The notes under the pieces were generated by a model, which saw only the letters and a list, made by a program, of their open reading frames with translations, ran no database searches and had not been told where the DNA came from. Positions 41,210 through 54,660 of a stretch of 64,000 nucleotides of DNA are shown here, in pieces; positions within the stretch are counted from its first letter, which is position 1, and the number at the start of each line of letters is the position of its first letter. Origin of the DNA: Octopus vulgaris (Eukaryota); the NCBI GenBank assembly GCA_951406725.2, contig OX597817.1, positions 148,056,001 through 148,120,000 of the forward strand. Direction: 5' to 3'. Both the position numbers and the translations under genes were made by a program.

Positions 41210-42000
41210 CTAACACTTGGTGACTCTGTGGAGTGAGCTCCGTTGGCTGTTACAGTTTGGCTCCTGACATTTAGGAAATAATGTAGCCACTCTCCGACTT
41301 TACTGTTGATGCCGAGTTCCCGTATTTTGTGGCATATCATTCCATGGTCGACATTGTCAAATACCTTCAGAAAGTCGAGGTATACCATATCGACCTTTGA
41401 GCAGTTCGTTAATTGCTTCAGTACCCAGTCATAGTGTCGCAGAAGCCATGTATGACAGCTCCTTCCCGGGCGAAAGCCATTTTGGGTGTTAGAGAGCAGG
41501 TGATTGTCCTCAAGGAACTCAATAAGTCATTTCAGGAGAATGCGCTCAATGACTTTACTGACGTGGGAGATCAGGGAGACAGGTCTATAATTCCTAGTCT
41601 CTGCCCTGCTTCCTCCCTTATGGATAGGACATATTATTCCCTCATTTAGTTTTTTGGGGAGTTTCACCATCCTGAGGGTCTCCTGGAAAAGGATTTGAAG
41701 CGGTCTAGCTAGAGCTCTTTTACATTTCTTTAGGAGGATTGCTGGGACTCCATCAGAACCCATTGCCGAGTTCGTGCTCAGCTCTTCAATGGTTCCCTCT
41801 TTGTTGATGTTATCAATAGTTGCCATTTCATCATGCGTGCCTTTGGGAGTCAAAGAACCTATCCGGCACAGTCACCCGTAGCTTCCCTAGCGGTATGCTG
41901 AAAGCCCTCTTGTATTGTGCATTCAGTAATTTACTGATCCTCTGGGGGTCTGCAGTTGGTGAGCCGTTTTCGTCTAGTAGCGGTCCTACTTTGTAACGCT
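41210..42000 (-). pseudogene. CR1-type LINE reverse transcriptase fragment
   Basis: SAMGSDGVPAILLK..PIHKGG..NYRPVSLISHVSKVIE..QNGFRPGRSC..VYLDFLKVFDNVDH..WLHYFL. Confidence 0.88.
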
Positions 42001-42012
42001 TTAAACATAATA

Positions 42013-42835
42013 GGGATATAGTTGAGATGGTAAATGTTTTTAATTTTCAATCCTTTCGTGAATTTATCCCTTTTTTGTATTCTAGCACAACGCTTTCCTA
42101 TTTGGAAGCCCCTTATTGTATTTCTATATGAATAATATATAGTCTAATGACTAATTCGGTTTTTGTGCTAGGCCACTGGTAATAATAATTTATTATTACC
42201 CTATTTTATTATGTTTAAATATTGTTTGATAAATTTGTTCGAAAATTTTTACCGGCATCCTCTCTGTCACCGGGTATAGTTTGCGTCTGCGCAGAGGTTT
42301 GAAAAGTTAGGATTTACAAACCGTTAGATCTACATGTGGATCTAGCAGTCTGTACGTCAGGATTATTAAGGCTGTCCCACTTAAGAAACTTGCCTTCGGC
42401 AAATATTTTTTTGCTGAAAATAGTAAGAAACCGTCGGTCTGGGATATAGTTGAGATGGTAAATGTTTTTAAGTTTCAATCCTTTCGTGAATTTATCCCTT
42501 TTTTGTGTTCTAGCACAACGCTTTCCTATTTGGAAGCCTCTTATATATGAATAATATATAGTCTAATAACTAATTCGTTTTTTGTGCTAGACCACTGGTA
42601 ATAATAATTTATTATTACCCTATTTTATTATATATAGACACGTGTACATGATACATATACACACATATATATGTATGTGTGTGTGTATATATATACATAT
42701 ATGTATAAATATGTGTTTATATATATATATTAACAAATTCCAGGGTAAAAAAAAAATAAAGAAAATGTCTTTGCTACCAGTAGTCTAGCGAGAAGAAAAA
42801 AATCTAGTCAATAGACTATATATTATTCATATATA
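42013..42835. repeat. ~200-bp direct repeat pair (42013-42212, 42441-42632) plus a diverged inverted partial copy (42740-42835)
   Basis: GGGATATAGTTGAGATGG...GCTAG(G/A)CCACTGGTAATAATAATTTATTATTACCCT present twice. AGACTATATATTATTCATATA is present in inverted orientation at ~42812. Confidence 0.8.
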
Positions 42836-44212
42836 AATACAGTATACATTTTACATGCTTAAATGTACACTGTATTTATATGTATATATATATATAATGT
42901 ACCTGTATGTATGTGTATTCGACACAACTCTACACACACATATGCACACATACACATACTTTTGAGGTGGAAAAGATATTTCACAATTTAATTGTAAAAT
43001 TTACCCTTAAAAACATATATCGCATTAGTTGTTTTTGATGTCGTTATTATTGCGTCTGCGATGAAAGGTGCCTCGGAAGTCGCCATTCAGCCGTGTCGCA
43101 AGCATCTAGGGCAATGCTAATCATATACTATTTTTCTCTTGTATATGATTTTAGAGCGAGATTTGAGAGAAAACTATCTGCTATTTCCTGTAGATCGAGA
43201 GACCGTGTAGATACTCCGTTATCGTCTCAGCTGATCATTCTATGCACAATATGTTGCATTAAATTGGAAATAAAACTGTATATAGCCGTGTTTTTATGTA
43301 TGTATTTGTGTTTTCTTTAAATGATGTGATTTTCTTTAAGGAGATAACGTAAGGTGGCATTTGCTTCGTAACCTGAAGTGTCGAGTATATTTGTATCGTG
43401 TTATATTGGACAAGCTTTTTCACTATGAGACATAATGAAGATTAGTTTCTTAAATGCGTTGAAAACGAGATAGAGGCAAAGAGACAGACATGGGGAAAGA
43501 GAAATGAGTGTAAGAGAGATTGGAAAACGCGATGTGGAGGGAAAAGAATAGATGAGAAAGACAAAATGTGAAGTGAAATAAGTAAATTAGATGAACAAGA
43601 GGTTAAGATAAAGAGAGAAAGAAAGAATGGATAGTCAACGAGCGAGAAAGTGAGAGAGAAGAGCGATGGGAGGAGAACGAGAGGAGGAGAGGGAAATGAG
43701 AAAAAGGTAAGGAGGAGGAAGAGCGCCATAAAGTAAGATTGTCAGAAACATGAAAGACATCATTGTACTGTAGTTACCGTATGTAGTATTAGTGTATTTA
43801 TGTGACACATGAGGGAGATTAGGTGTGACATTTCTAGCCAACCACTGACTAACTGTGCCTTGCGCAATACATTGCATCCATTAATGAAATATAACCTGGG
43901 AGTATTGCAATGAACGGAAATACAATGAGTGAGGAAGCATAAATATTATGCCAAATCGCAAAATCAACGCTATATTTGTATTGCATATATATGTATGTAC
44001 CTATTTATGTTATTGATAGACGTATATCAATATATGCATATGTGTGTGTGTGCGTGTGTGTGTGTACGTGTGTGCGTGTGAGAGAGAGAGAGACTATGAA
44101 TGTACGTATATACATAAATATACAACAAATATTTATATTATATATGGCTAAATACACTCATGCATAATTTCCTCTATAGCTGAATTCACACGAATATCTA
44201 TCTATCTATTTT

Positions 44213-44272
<60 letters not shown>

Positions 44273-44314
44273 CCTACCTCTCCCTCTATCTATCTATCAA
44301 TCTATTAATCTAGG

Positions 44315-44355
<41 letters not shown>

Positions 44356-44358
44356 GGC

Positions 44359-44389
<31 letters not shown>

Positions 44390-45164
44390 CTGTCTATCTA
44401 TCTACCTATCTGACTATCTATCTTTTTATTTATCTACCTGTCCATTAACATACACACACGCCCACACACACATACGTACAGACACACACCACACACGCGT
44501 ATATATAGAGGGATAAACCAAATTGTTTGCACAATACTTTCAGCAAGAGACCAGCCTATAATTGATATCTAGTTTTGCATAACCACACTGTTTTTGCAAA
44601 CGCAGCGATATATTACCTGTTTGTTACCTGCCTTCGAGTTATTACCATCAGCGAAATGAACCTAATCAGTTATACTAATGTCACACATATACGAGCGCTA
44701 ACATTATCAGGTTCTACACAGGGACTCGATCAGTTTCATAATTATATTATTCATATTCTTATTTTTATCAATGTATCAACATCACAATATTATTATAATT
44801 ATGATTAACTCGTTGATGGTCTACGTATTCTGTAACGCTATTCCTGTCCTTTGTTTTTCCAGTTTTTAATCTTAACGCTGTTAGTTTCTCACCAGACATA
44901 CCATGTTGTTTTACATGCAATTATTTTTATATCTGATTCTAAAATATTTATGCGTGTGATAAAAGAAACAAATCGTGAATTATCTGGCTCCAAGGAATTT
45001 ATCAATATAAAGAGGGAAGTAACCACGAATGCAATAACCGCTGCAATAAACGCTGCAGCGAGCGCACAAACTAATGCTTTCGTCAATCTAGAAATACAAT
45101 TTTGAACACGTATTTATGCATGGATGTAAGTATGTATATATGTGTGTATATGTATGTATGTAGT

Positions 45165-45610
45165 GGATAGCGATTTAGGTACTGGGTAGCGATTTTCTTC
45201 ACTACTTCAGGGAGTGCGACCCTGCCTGACACGAGTCCCGGGCTTAGCTGGCTCTGGCTGACAGTTCCCGGTATCGGCCCCTATCCAGGGTTACGAAAAG
45301 GAGACAAACTGTCAAAGAAATCTGGAGTGGAGCCCCGTAGGCAGTTTAGTGTTCGACTCGACACTCTTCCGGTAGCTCCTGCAACCAAGCTGGTGCCAAG
45401 CGTAATGGCCTGCATTCGTTTGGACTACGTCAGCAAGGTCGAGAGAGGAATCTTGACGATTGGGCTACCCAGGATTTTCTCATATCTAGCCCAGGCCTGC
45501 GCAAAACTGTAGAGGAAACTGGAGGGGACATGAAATGTGAAAACCAGTCTGGATTAGTTTATGTGCAGCTCTATTGTCTCCCGAGACAAAAGGATGCCAG
45601 CAGCAACATG
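45165..45610 (+). mobile_element. GC-rich non-coding repeat ending in (TGTA)n, resembling an RTE-type 5'UTR-derived element
   Basis: GC island between microsatellites. CTGGAGTGGAGCCCC...AGCTCCTGCAACCAAGCTGGTGCCAA recalls RTE-clade leaders (from memory, not aligned). Confidence 0.4.
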
Positions 45611-47327
45611 TATGAATGTATGTATGTATGTATGTATGTATGTATGTATGTATGTATGTATGTATGTATGTATGTATGTATGTATGTACGTACGTATGTA
45701 TATGTCACGACTTGTAGGTGTTATCACGAAGAAAATCAGTTTACTTAATACATACAGTTCAATAACACAGTTATTGATTTAGTCTTTATCGACTACACTT
45801 TGCTATATAAAGTTTCATATTTAGAAAGTTATTTGGATACTGAAGAGACGGAAAACTACACCAATAAGAGTAAATTGTCGTTGCCTTCTGTCAGGAATAT
45901 CACGAAGTTTTAAAAAGGTGATCATACTGCTCGGTCTTGCATTATGGGAAAAACTATGACAATGCCAGTAAATCATCACTTATTATTCATTTTAGGTTGT
46001 AGTATATAGAGTAAGGGGTGATTTTCGTACCGTATCAAAGGTAGTTCTTTCATCATTGGTCCTACATCAATCCACCACACACCTCTGGTTCCACGTAGAT
46101 TTTATCAATTGACAGCAGCTATACTCCTATTTGCCGCTTCGGCGTGTCGGATAAATAAGATGAAGATAACCGATGGGTCTTAAATTCAGGATCTTAAATT
46201 TATTCTCAGCTTATGAGACTGCGCTTTAGAAGATTGAGTTGAAGAGGTCCAAACATACAAGAAGGAGGTTCCTTCAATTATTGTAGAGTTCGTAGTGGAT
46301 TGCAAGACGCGGAATTATTTGTGGCCATCCACTCTTCCTTGGATCCCTTCCTGTCTTCTTAAAGTCTCCCAGTGGACCACGGTAGAAAACAGGATGAGAG
46401 CGTGAGGTTGATGTGTAGATCTTTTTCGCTTTAATCAAACACATTGCACAAGTCAATCGTCTTTCATCCCACTCTTTCCCCTCCCGCAAAATCCTTTGGG
46501 GATAAGCAGTCGACGAATCTACATGTTTTCATAGATGCAGCCACACACAGATGCTGAACTTCTTTAGAATAAAAATTCGTACATATGGGCATGAAAAAGG
46601 AGCTCCAAAACGTACCTTAGACATACTCTCCTCTACAATGACCTGGTTAACTTCTGAACCTCGCACCAAGGGACCGATGCCTGCTTCTTTACAGGAAAGA
46701 CATAATTCAATCATAAAGAGTTTATAAAGGTTCATCACTCATTAGAACTAAATTCATGCGTCAATGTTGCAAACCAAATGAGAGGATATTAGTCTCACAC
46801 AATCGCTCATACGCACACACACACATACATGCACACACACGCATACGCACACGCGCGCAGTAACGTACATATTTAATAATATGAAAGTCAAATCTGAATT
46901 TTATATCCATCTATATTTTGAAAAACACTGAAGATAATTGACAATTTCTACACAAATACTATAAAATATCCTTATTACATTAATATATATGAAGTGTTTG
47001 GTGAGCTGACCAACAGTTTTAATACTTCTGGCAGCTTTTAATCTCAGCTGCATTGGTTTAATGATTCATCGGCTCCATTACGATTTGGTCATTAACGAAC
47101 TCGCGGATAGAAATTTCCGGTAGCTTTACCTTTTTTCCTTACCAGAATCTATGAATTAACCATAATATTCTCCGACGATATGCAATGAAGAAATTAGAAA
47201 CATTTGTTTATTTTTTTACTAGCTTTTCAAATCCCTAAGTTTTTCTGGATCTGATACGAATACTAAATGGCGCCAGATACTTCTACAAGTTTTAGAAGAG
47301 CAAACTACAAAAAATATATATATATAA

Positions 47328-47678
47328 GGCGCGGGAGTGGCTGTGTGGTAATTAGCTTGCTTACCAACCACATGGTTCCGGGTTCAGTCGCACTGCGTGG
47401 CACCTTGGGCAAGTGTCTTCTACTATAGCCTCGGGCCGACCAGAGCCTTGTGAGTGGATTTGGTACACGGGAACTGAAAGAAGCCCGTCGTATATATATA
47501 TATATGTATGTATGTATGTATGTATATATGTATGTATATATACAACTTTTAATAAAATGATGTAGTGCGAAACAATTGTACCAAATTACCGGTGTCATTC
47601 TTGTTGCTTATTTTGAATTCTACCAGTAAATAATTGGGTTTTTTTTAAAAGCCTTTATAGAAATTATTTACTCTTATC

Positions 47679-47748
<70 letters not shown>

Positions 47749-47965
47749 ATGTTTGTGTGTCTGTGTTTGTCCCACCAACTTCACTTGACAACCGATGCTG
47801 GTGTGTTTACGTCCCCGTAACTTAGCGCTTCGGTAAAAGAAACCGATACAATAAGTACTAGGCTTACAAAGAATAAGTTCTGGTGTAGAATTGCTCGACT
47901 AAAGGCGGTGCTCCAGCGTGGTCAAAGTCAAATGACTGAAGCAAGTAAAAGAGAAAAAGAGTAAG
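47328..47965 (+). mobile_element. tRNA-derived SINE family B (head - microsatellite - tail) with nested insert
   Basis: A box TGGCTGTGTGG, B box GGTTCAGTC; tail ...GGCGGTGCTCCAGC..TGACTGAA. Copies at 52701 and 58146. Confidence 0.85.
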
Positions 47966-49095
47966 AAGAGAAAGGCATAGTCTCGAAGAAGGCAACCTTA
48001 GAAAGGATATGCATTGATTTGCAGAGTTGATGTGACCAAGAACGAAATTTTTTATATAATAAACAATGGTATAAATTTTATAGAAAGAATACAGAGGATA
48101 CAACATAAAATCTCCCACACTTGTTCCACTGTATGTTAGCTATTAAAGTTGGTAACTGTCTTCAAGTAGCTAATGCTTTACCCTTCATTTTGCAGTCGCC
48201 AATAGGGTTTAGAACGGTACATACATAGGTTTGCTTGGTTTTACTGTGGGAACATTTGTAAACTGTATGAGATTTATTTATTTCTACCGCATTCTGTACC
48301 ACGAGCAAGTTGATCTTTAGATAACGCTTAACTATTTGGAATAAAAGAAATTCCTTGAACGGTTATAAATATATATTATTTTAGCGTAGAATGCAATGAA
48401 TAATTCATAAACAGACCAACAGAATTTCATCATAGTTAATAATGCTTCTACTTATAATTGCAGGGTAAACATTCCAAGATAAGAGGTTGCCTACCGTATG
48501 AGAGCCAGATACACTACGTACCCTCTTGTTCGAAACATTCGCGCTATTTTTGAAAAGTAAATAGATCATGTGTCAGTAGATTCACCTCTCGTAAATCCAG
48601 CTTGTTAAGGTATTCAAGCAAGGGTTTAAGGGGCTGCATTATGATGCTGATGGAGATGTTACTATTAAAGAAGGCGTAAAAATACGAAAATAAATAAGGT
48701 GAACCCTGTTCAACTCTCTTTGGTAAAACGGGCAATGTTCCAAATAAGTCAGTCATCAGGCACAAGAAAAAAAGAAGTGTTTTAGCATCATTAGGTAAAG
48801 ATGAATTACGAAATGTTATTTTAAATAAGATTTATGATAGCAGGTATCGATTTTGTATGTACTTTTGGAACATGCCCAAAAGATCTATTTGATGACAAAA
48901 TTCAGGAGGAATAACCTACAACAGTAAATCAGATTCTGCAGTGGCATTTTCAGTAATTGGATTAGGTAATTCTGATAAATATTGATCTCAATCACTTTCA
49001 TATATGCCTACATACACACAAAGAAACTTCTCCCATATACATATTTATATATATATACACATATATATATCTACATGTATATATATATATACATA

Positions 49096-49185
<90 letters not shown>

Positions 49186-49734
49186 GATATGTATATATTT
49201 ACTTATATATGTACAAATATGTGTGTGCTTCTGTGGGTAGATCTGTATTATCCATATGTAGAGATATACACACGCACACCCGGACACACACACACATACA
49301 TGTGAAAGCATATTGTACTAGAGACATCAAAATCAATGCATAGGACTACATTTCTAAAATAAAGCTTCCATTGTGGGTATTGGACAATTCAGTGACAAAC
49401 AATGACTGGTAGTTTCATCCTTAGGGGATTATTAGATGTCAGCCTTTGTCATAGTGAAGCATTGACGTTTCCAAATCCCCCTCTCACTCTCCGTCTCCCC
49501 TTCTCTCTCACTCACACGCTCTCTGTCCCTAACTGTATATATATATATATATATATATATAGGTAGATAGAAAATGCATACATACATGTGTGTATTTATA
49601 CACACATTCGCGCTTCGCACACTGTTATGTATGTATGTTTGTGTCTATATAAATACATATATATATATATATACACACATATATATATATACATACATAT
49701 ATATATATATATATATGCATATACATATATATAC

Positions 49735-49782
<48 letters not shown>

Positions 49783-49822
49783 ATACATATACATACATAT
49801 ATATATACATACATATATATAT

Positions 49823-49912
<90 letters not shown>

Positions 49913-50667
49913 GTATGTATCTATATGTATATGCATATATATATAGTGGGAAAGAAAAAGAATTGGGGAAGTTGAAATGGAATTGATAGACTCGCCTATT
50001 GACAGATTACTAGATACCTAAGTTAGATAAACACACATATAAATATGATGGCAGAGTCTCAAGCAAACATAAAGAGATTGTTCCATTGAAACGAAAGCAT
50101 TTTGATCTTGATAGCTTACGAGTCTTAGATTTAAGCATCAGCAATACCTAGTTACCCCTCACACCATACACTACAACAGACAAGTCATAAAAATAATGTA
50201 CAGGATTCCATACATTATCTAAATGACGACGAAGGCTGCACCTTATACTAATTAGACTTGAACATATCCAAATCGATCTTCTGTATTAAAATGCGTGCAA
50301 AGAGAATAACGTGAATTTTTACTTCGGTTTACGTTTCATAGTCAACTCTATAAAATTTCTTGGCCTTAAATCATCAAGCGAAGGTCGGCGTTTGTGTGCT
50401 TTGCATGGAATGGTCCTCCGGATCATTAACATCAGCATCATCAACATCATCAAAAATGTGTTACGGTACATTTTCCAACTGTTTATCTTTGGAATTTAAT
50501 CCTCGTTTAATTTTATCCCACTTTCATTCTTTCGGGTTCGAAAATATATTGCAGCAGTCAAATTATGAGGTCGCTGAAATCGACTAACCGCTCCTTTCAA
50601 ATTTGCTGGCCTTGTGCCTAAATTAGAAACTGTCGTTGTTGTTATCATTATTATTATTATTATCATA

Positions 50668-50738
<71 letters not shown>

Positions 50739-50805
50739 TATTATCATCATTATTATTATTATTATCATTATTATTATCATTATTATTATTATTATTATTA
50801 TTAAT

Positions 50806-50882
<77 letters not shown>

Positions 50883-50883
50883 T

Positions 50884-51859
50884 GAGTGAGAGAGCAGTGC
50901 ATGCCATCAAAGTGACACTGGAATAAAATAAACGAAGCCTAGTATACCCATCATGTATAGCCGTCTGATAAGGGTACACTAGGCACATGCATCACAACCA
51001 TATGTGCGCGACATGGGGATCTCATATCAACATAAACAGTGCATGACCTTGCAGGTGGGGCCCAGTTAGAATTTTCTTCTGGTTGAGTGGCCCATCCCGC
51101 TCAAAATGTCCCTGAATAAGGATTGTTTAAGGATGCTGAACGAACCATCCATGTTTCCAAAAGTGAATTATCCAAACTTCTAAGAATTCCTTTCAACAAA
51201 CGGCTATGATGCTACCCCTCTACTTCTGCTCATGATCAGCGATGAACGTATCGTCAGCCACTAAGTGAGATGATCAACTGGTTAAGGTCAAACAACTCGA
51301 AAGAGTCCAGAGGCTGGCTACCCGCATGGTTCATGGTCTCAAAAATTTGTCCTACGAAGAAAGGCTGAGGACGCTCGACCTTTGTTCTCTTGAAAAACGC
51401 CGCCGCCGTGGTGATCTCATTCTCGCCCACAACATCATAAGCGGGAAGTGTAACCTCTCGAAAGAGCTGTTCTTCACTCCTGCTCCGGAGCGTCGGCTGC
51501 GGGGTCATTCCGAAAAGCTCTACCTGCGACGATTTCATCTCAATCGAAGGAGAGGAGCTTTCTCCGTCCGGGTTGCGGATCCGTGGAACAAGCTGCCAGA
51601 CGAGATGGTGAAGATGCCGACGACCGCTTTGTTCAAAGCCTCCCTGGACCTCAAGTGGCCTGAACTCTTTACATGAACACCACCCTGTACTAAACTCCAT
51701 GTCCCCCTCCATGGCCTTGCTATTTGCTTTTGAGCCAAATTAACTAACTAACTAACTAACTGACAAGCAAATCTGTGGTATTGAGCACAATATTTGCTGT
51801 AGCCCATCTTTTATACCAAAACTAAATAATGTTCATGATAATACTTCCAATCAGTTAAG
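50884..51859 (-). mobile_element. Third copy of the ~550-bp (AAT)n-associated element, split by a CR1 insertion
   Basis: Reverse complement of 20274-20831; resumes at 51762 after the insertion. Confidence 0.8.
51298..51761 (+). mobile_element. Young CR1 LINE 3' end with (TAAC)n tail
   Basis: Uninterrupted ERVQRLATRMV..LSYEERL..L.LCSLEKRRRRGDLI...RGHS.KL...FSVRV...WNKLP. AACT microhomology/TSD at both ends. Confidence 0.92.
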
Positions 51860-51860
51860 T

Positions 51861-52125
51861 ATGATTCCCTCTTGGTTAGTTAATGATGTAACATTCCTAC
51901 TTCTAAATAGTGAAGAAACAAATGAACCAAAAAATTATAGGCCCATAACCTGCTTAACAACAATGTATAAAATGTTAACATTTGTCTTGACTGAAGACGC
52001 CTATAGTTATTTAATAGAAAGTGGCATATTCACTAATGAGCAAAAAGGGTATGGTTGTAAAAATCAGCTACTCATCAATAAGATGATCTCGGAAGATTGT
52101 CACAAACGACACAAAATTTCTCTTA
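51861..52125 (+). pseudogene. R4/Dong-type RT N-terminal fragment
   Basis: PSWL...TFLL...PKNYRPITCLTTMYK...EQKG.GCKNQLLINK. Confidence 0.8.
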
Positions 52126-52294
52126 CAGCTATTTCCGGGATAGTTTATATATCTCTTCATCAAAGACGGTGCGAGAAAATGTTTAACTAATAATTATTGT
52201 AGAGAAGATATGAAATACAGAGTGAAGTAGATGAACGAAAATAGAATCGAGATACGTAAGGATATTTTATTTGCAGTTTCATTATTTAAGCAGA

Positions 52295-52534
52295 ATGGTG
52301 TTCATACATGTTTCCCGTACCTTACCTCTCATACCCTTGATATATATATATATATATATAGTATATATTCTCAGACCGGGCGTTGTGTGTGTTTATTGAG
52401 CGAAAACACCTAAAAGCTCTACGAGGCTCCGGCAGGGGTGGTGATCCCTGCTGTACTCTTTCACCACAATGGCGGTGCCCCAGCATGGCCACAGCTCAAG
52501 AGCTGAAACTGGAAAAACAAAAACAAAAACAAAA

Positions 52535-52588
<54 letters not shown>

Positions 52589-52632
52589 CAAGGGTATGAG
52601 AGGTAAGGTACGGGAAACATGTATAACACCAT
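52295..52632. repeat. ~45-bp inverted repeat (52295-52340 / 52588-52632) enclosing SINE C and LINE-tail fragments
   Basis: ATGGTGTT(C)ATACATGTTTCCCGTACCTTACCTCTCATACCCTTGA and its reverse complement. Confidence 0.85.
52368..52534 (+). mobile_element. Truncated SINE C body joined to the GGCGGTGCCCCAGCATGGCC 3' tail
   Basis: 52368-52468 matches SINE C; 52469-52534 matches the 3332-3400 tail. Confidence 0.7.
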
Positions 52633-52655
52633 ATATATATATATATATATATAAA

Positions 52656-52686
<31 letters not shown>

Positions 52687-52700
52687 AATAAATAAAGAGA

Positions 52701-52867
52701 GGCACAGAAGTGGGAGCGTGGTAAGTCGATAGCTTCCCAACCACGCGCTTCCGGCTTCAGTCCCACTGCGTGGTACATGGAACAAGTATCTTCTAATATA
52801 GCTACGGGCTGTGCAGAGACTTGTGAGAGGATTTGGTAGACGGAAACTGAAAATAGCCCGTCGTATA

Positions 52868-52946
<79 letters not shown>

Positions 52947-53154
52947 ATAATTATATATGTATATATATATATTTGTGTCTATTTGCCTGTATTTGTCCTC
53001 AACCACCGGTTGAGATCCGGTGTTAGTGTTTTTATGTCCTCGTAACTTAGTGCTTCGGCAAAGGAGACCGATAGAATAAGAACTAGTAAAAAAGAAGCCT
53101 GAAGTTGGATTCCTTCGACTGAAGACTTTCGATGTAGATACAAGACTGAAACAG
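52701..53154 (+). mobile_element. SINE family B copy
   Basis: Homologous to 47328-47965. Confidence 0.8.
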
Positions 53155-53179
53155 ATATCACGTAACTGATAACTGACAT

Positions 53180-53258
<79 letters not shown>

Positions 53259-53868
53259 GTAGAATATGAATGAAATTATTTTGTTCAAATTATTCTAGGC
53301 GTGTTTCGGTATCATATGCATTTGCGTGTTCATAAGCATTTGTTTGTCTATAGATACGCTACATAATATGAATTACATAACCAAACAATTTCGTCTGATA
53401 TTTTGAATAGTTGACAGGGAAAATTGGTCTGTTAGATGCAATATATTCATATCTACAGCATTTAAATATTTAGCAGATTTATATGAAGTGCGGTAAATAT
53501 TTTGCTATATTCTCTACGAGCAACATTGACAGAGACAATTCATATGTAGTACACGTATGAACCAGTACAAAATAGTCATACTACTTAAAAACATGTAGTG
53601 TAATTTGAACAAAATCTACCCGCCATTGATATCCTGCTATTATCTTTACATAGCCTTAAATGTACAGTGTTTGATAGTTCATACATTGGATTAACAGAGT
53701 ACTTAAAATACGTTAACCGTTTAATATTGCGTTAACCTTTCTCTTGACTGGAAATGTGATTGAGGATAATATTAGTATTCCTCCTGAGTAACCCCGCAGC
53801 AAAATACTCGATAATCTGATACTGAGTAAAATTGTCCCGTTTGTTGAGGTGCCTGCAGCGCATTGTGT

Positions 53869-54147
53869 GGAGCCACAAGGCCTAGTTGTTAGAGCAGCGG
53901 GTTCGAATCACAGACTGAGCGATGTGTGTGTTTATGAGCGAAACGCCTATGCTCCACACTGCTCCGGCAGAAAGTAATAACGAAATTCTGATCACTTTTT
54001 CGCCACAAATTTATCTCACTCTTTCCTCCTGTAACTATCAGCAGCTCACCTGTGACGGACCGGCGTCCCGTCCAGGTAGGGAACATATACGCCAATGAAA
54101 CAGGGAAACCGGCCTCTATGAGCCACGCATGGCTCGAGAAGGAACAA
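53869..54147 (+). mobile_element. SINE with family C head and V-domain-like tail
   Basis: B box GGTTCGAATC; CCTGTGACGGACCGGCGTCCCGTCCAGG; GGCTCGAGAAGGAAC end. Confidence 0.75.
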
Positions 54148-54608
54148 GCACTGCGCATCGTAGTAAATGTACAGACACAGCTAGAAGGCCTGAGGCTGAG
54201 GAATTGTCAGAGATAGAATTTCTTCTTTGACTCGTTAAAAAAAAAACAGTATACTTCTGAGGGAGTCAAATATCGTCCGAGTAGTGACCACGAAAAACTA
54301 AAGCACAGTTTGCCTTTTTTATGGTCAATGCCGGGCAACTGATTGTCAGCTTCTTCATCAAAATTTGTGCATCGGTGTATAGGAAACACGAAATAAAACA
54401 TTAAATGGAATATATGCTTTTAGCTTCTTACAAAAATCCAGGCATTTCAATATGTGGTTGGCGAAGACTATTAGTTACAAAGGAGTAATGCAATATATCT
54501 GAACGTAATTTTCTTTTAAATTTGTGTTTTAACCAATACGGTTTTCATCACGGTCGCTAGAAGAATTCCATGAAGGAAATCGTGCAATTTGAATCGCTGG
54601 TAACACTG

Positions 54609-54660
<52 letters not shown>

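Noticed and set aside
43750-43770. TGAAAGACAT, resembling the start of miR-71
   Set aside because: Only the first 10 nt match and there is no precursor hairpin.
46060-46740. Possible decayed RTE LINE 3' region (P.G...GR.PRK.W-like)
   Set aside because: Similarity is too weak to call without an alignment; the same applies to 30300-30830.
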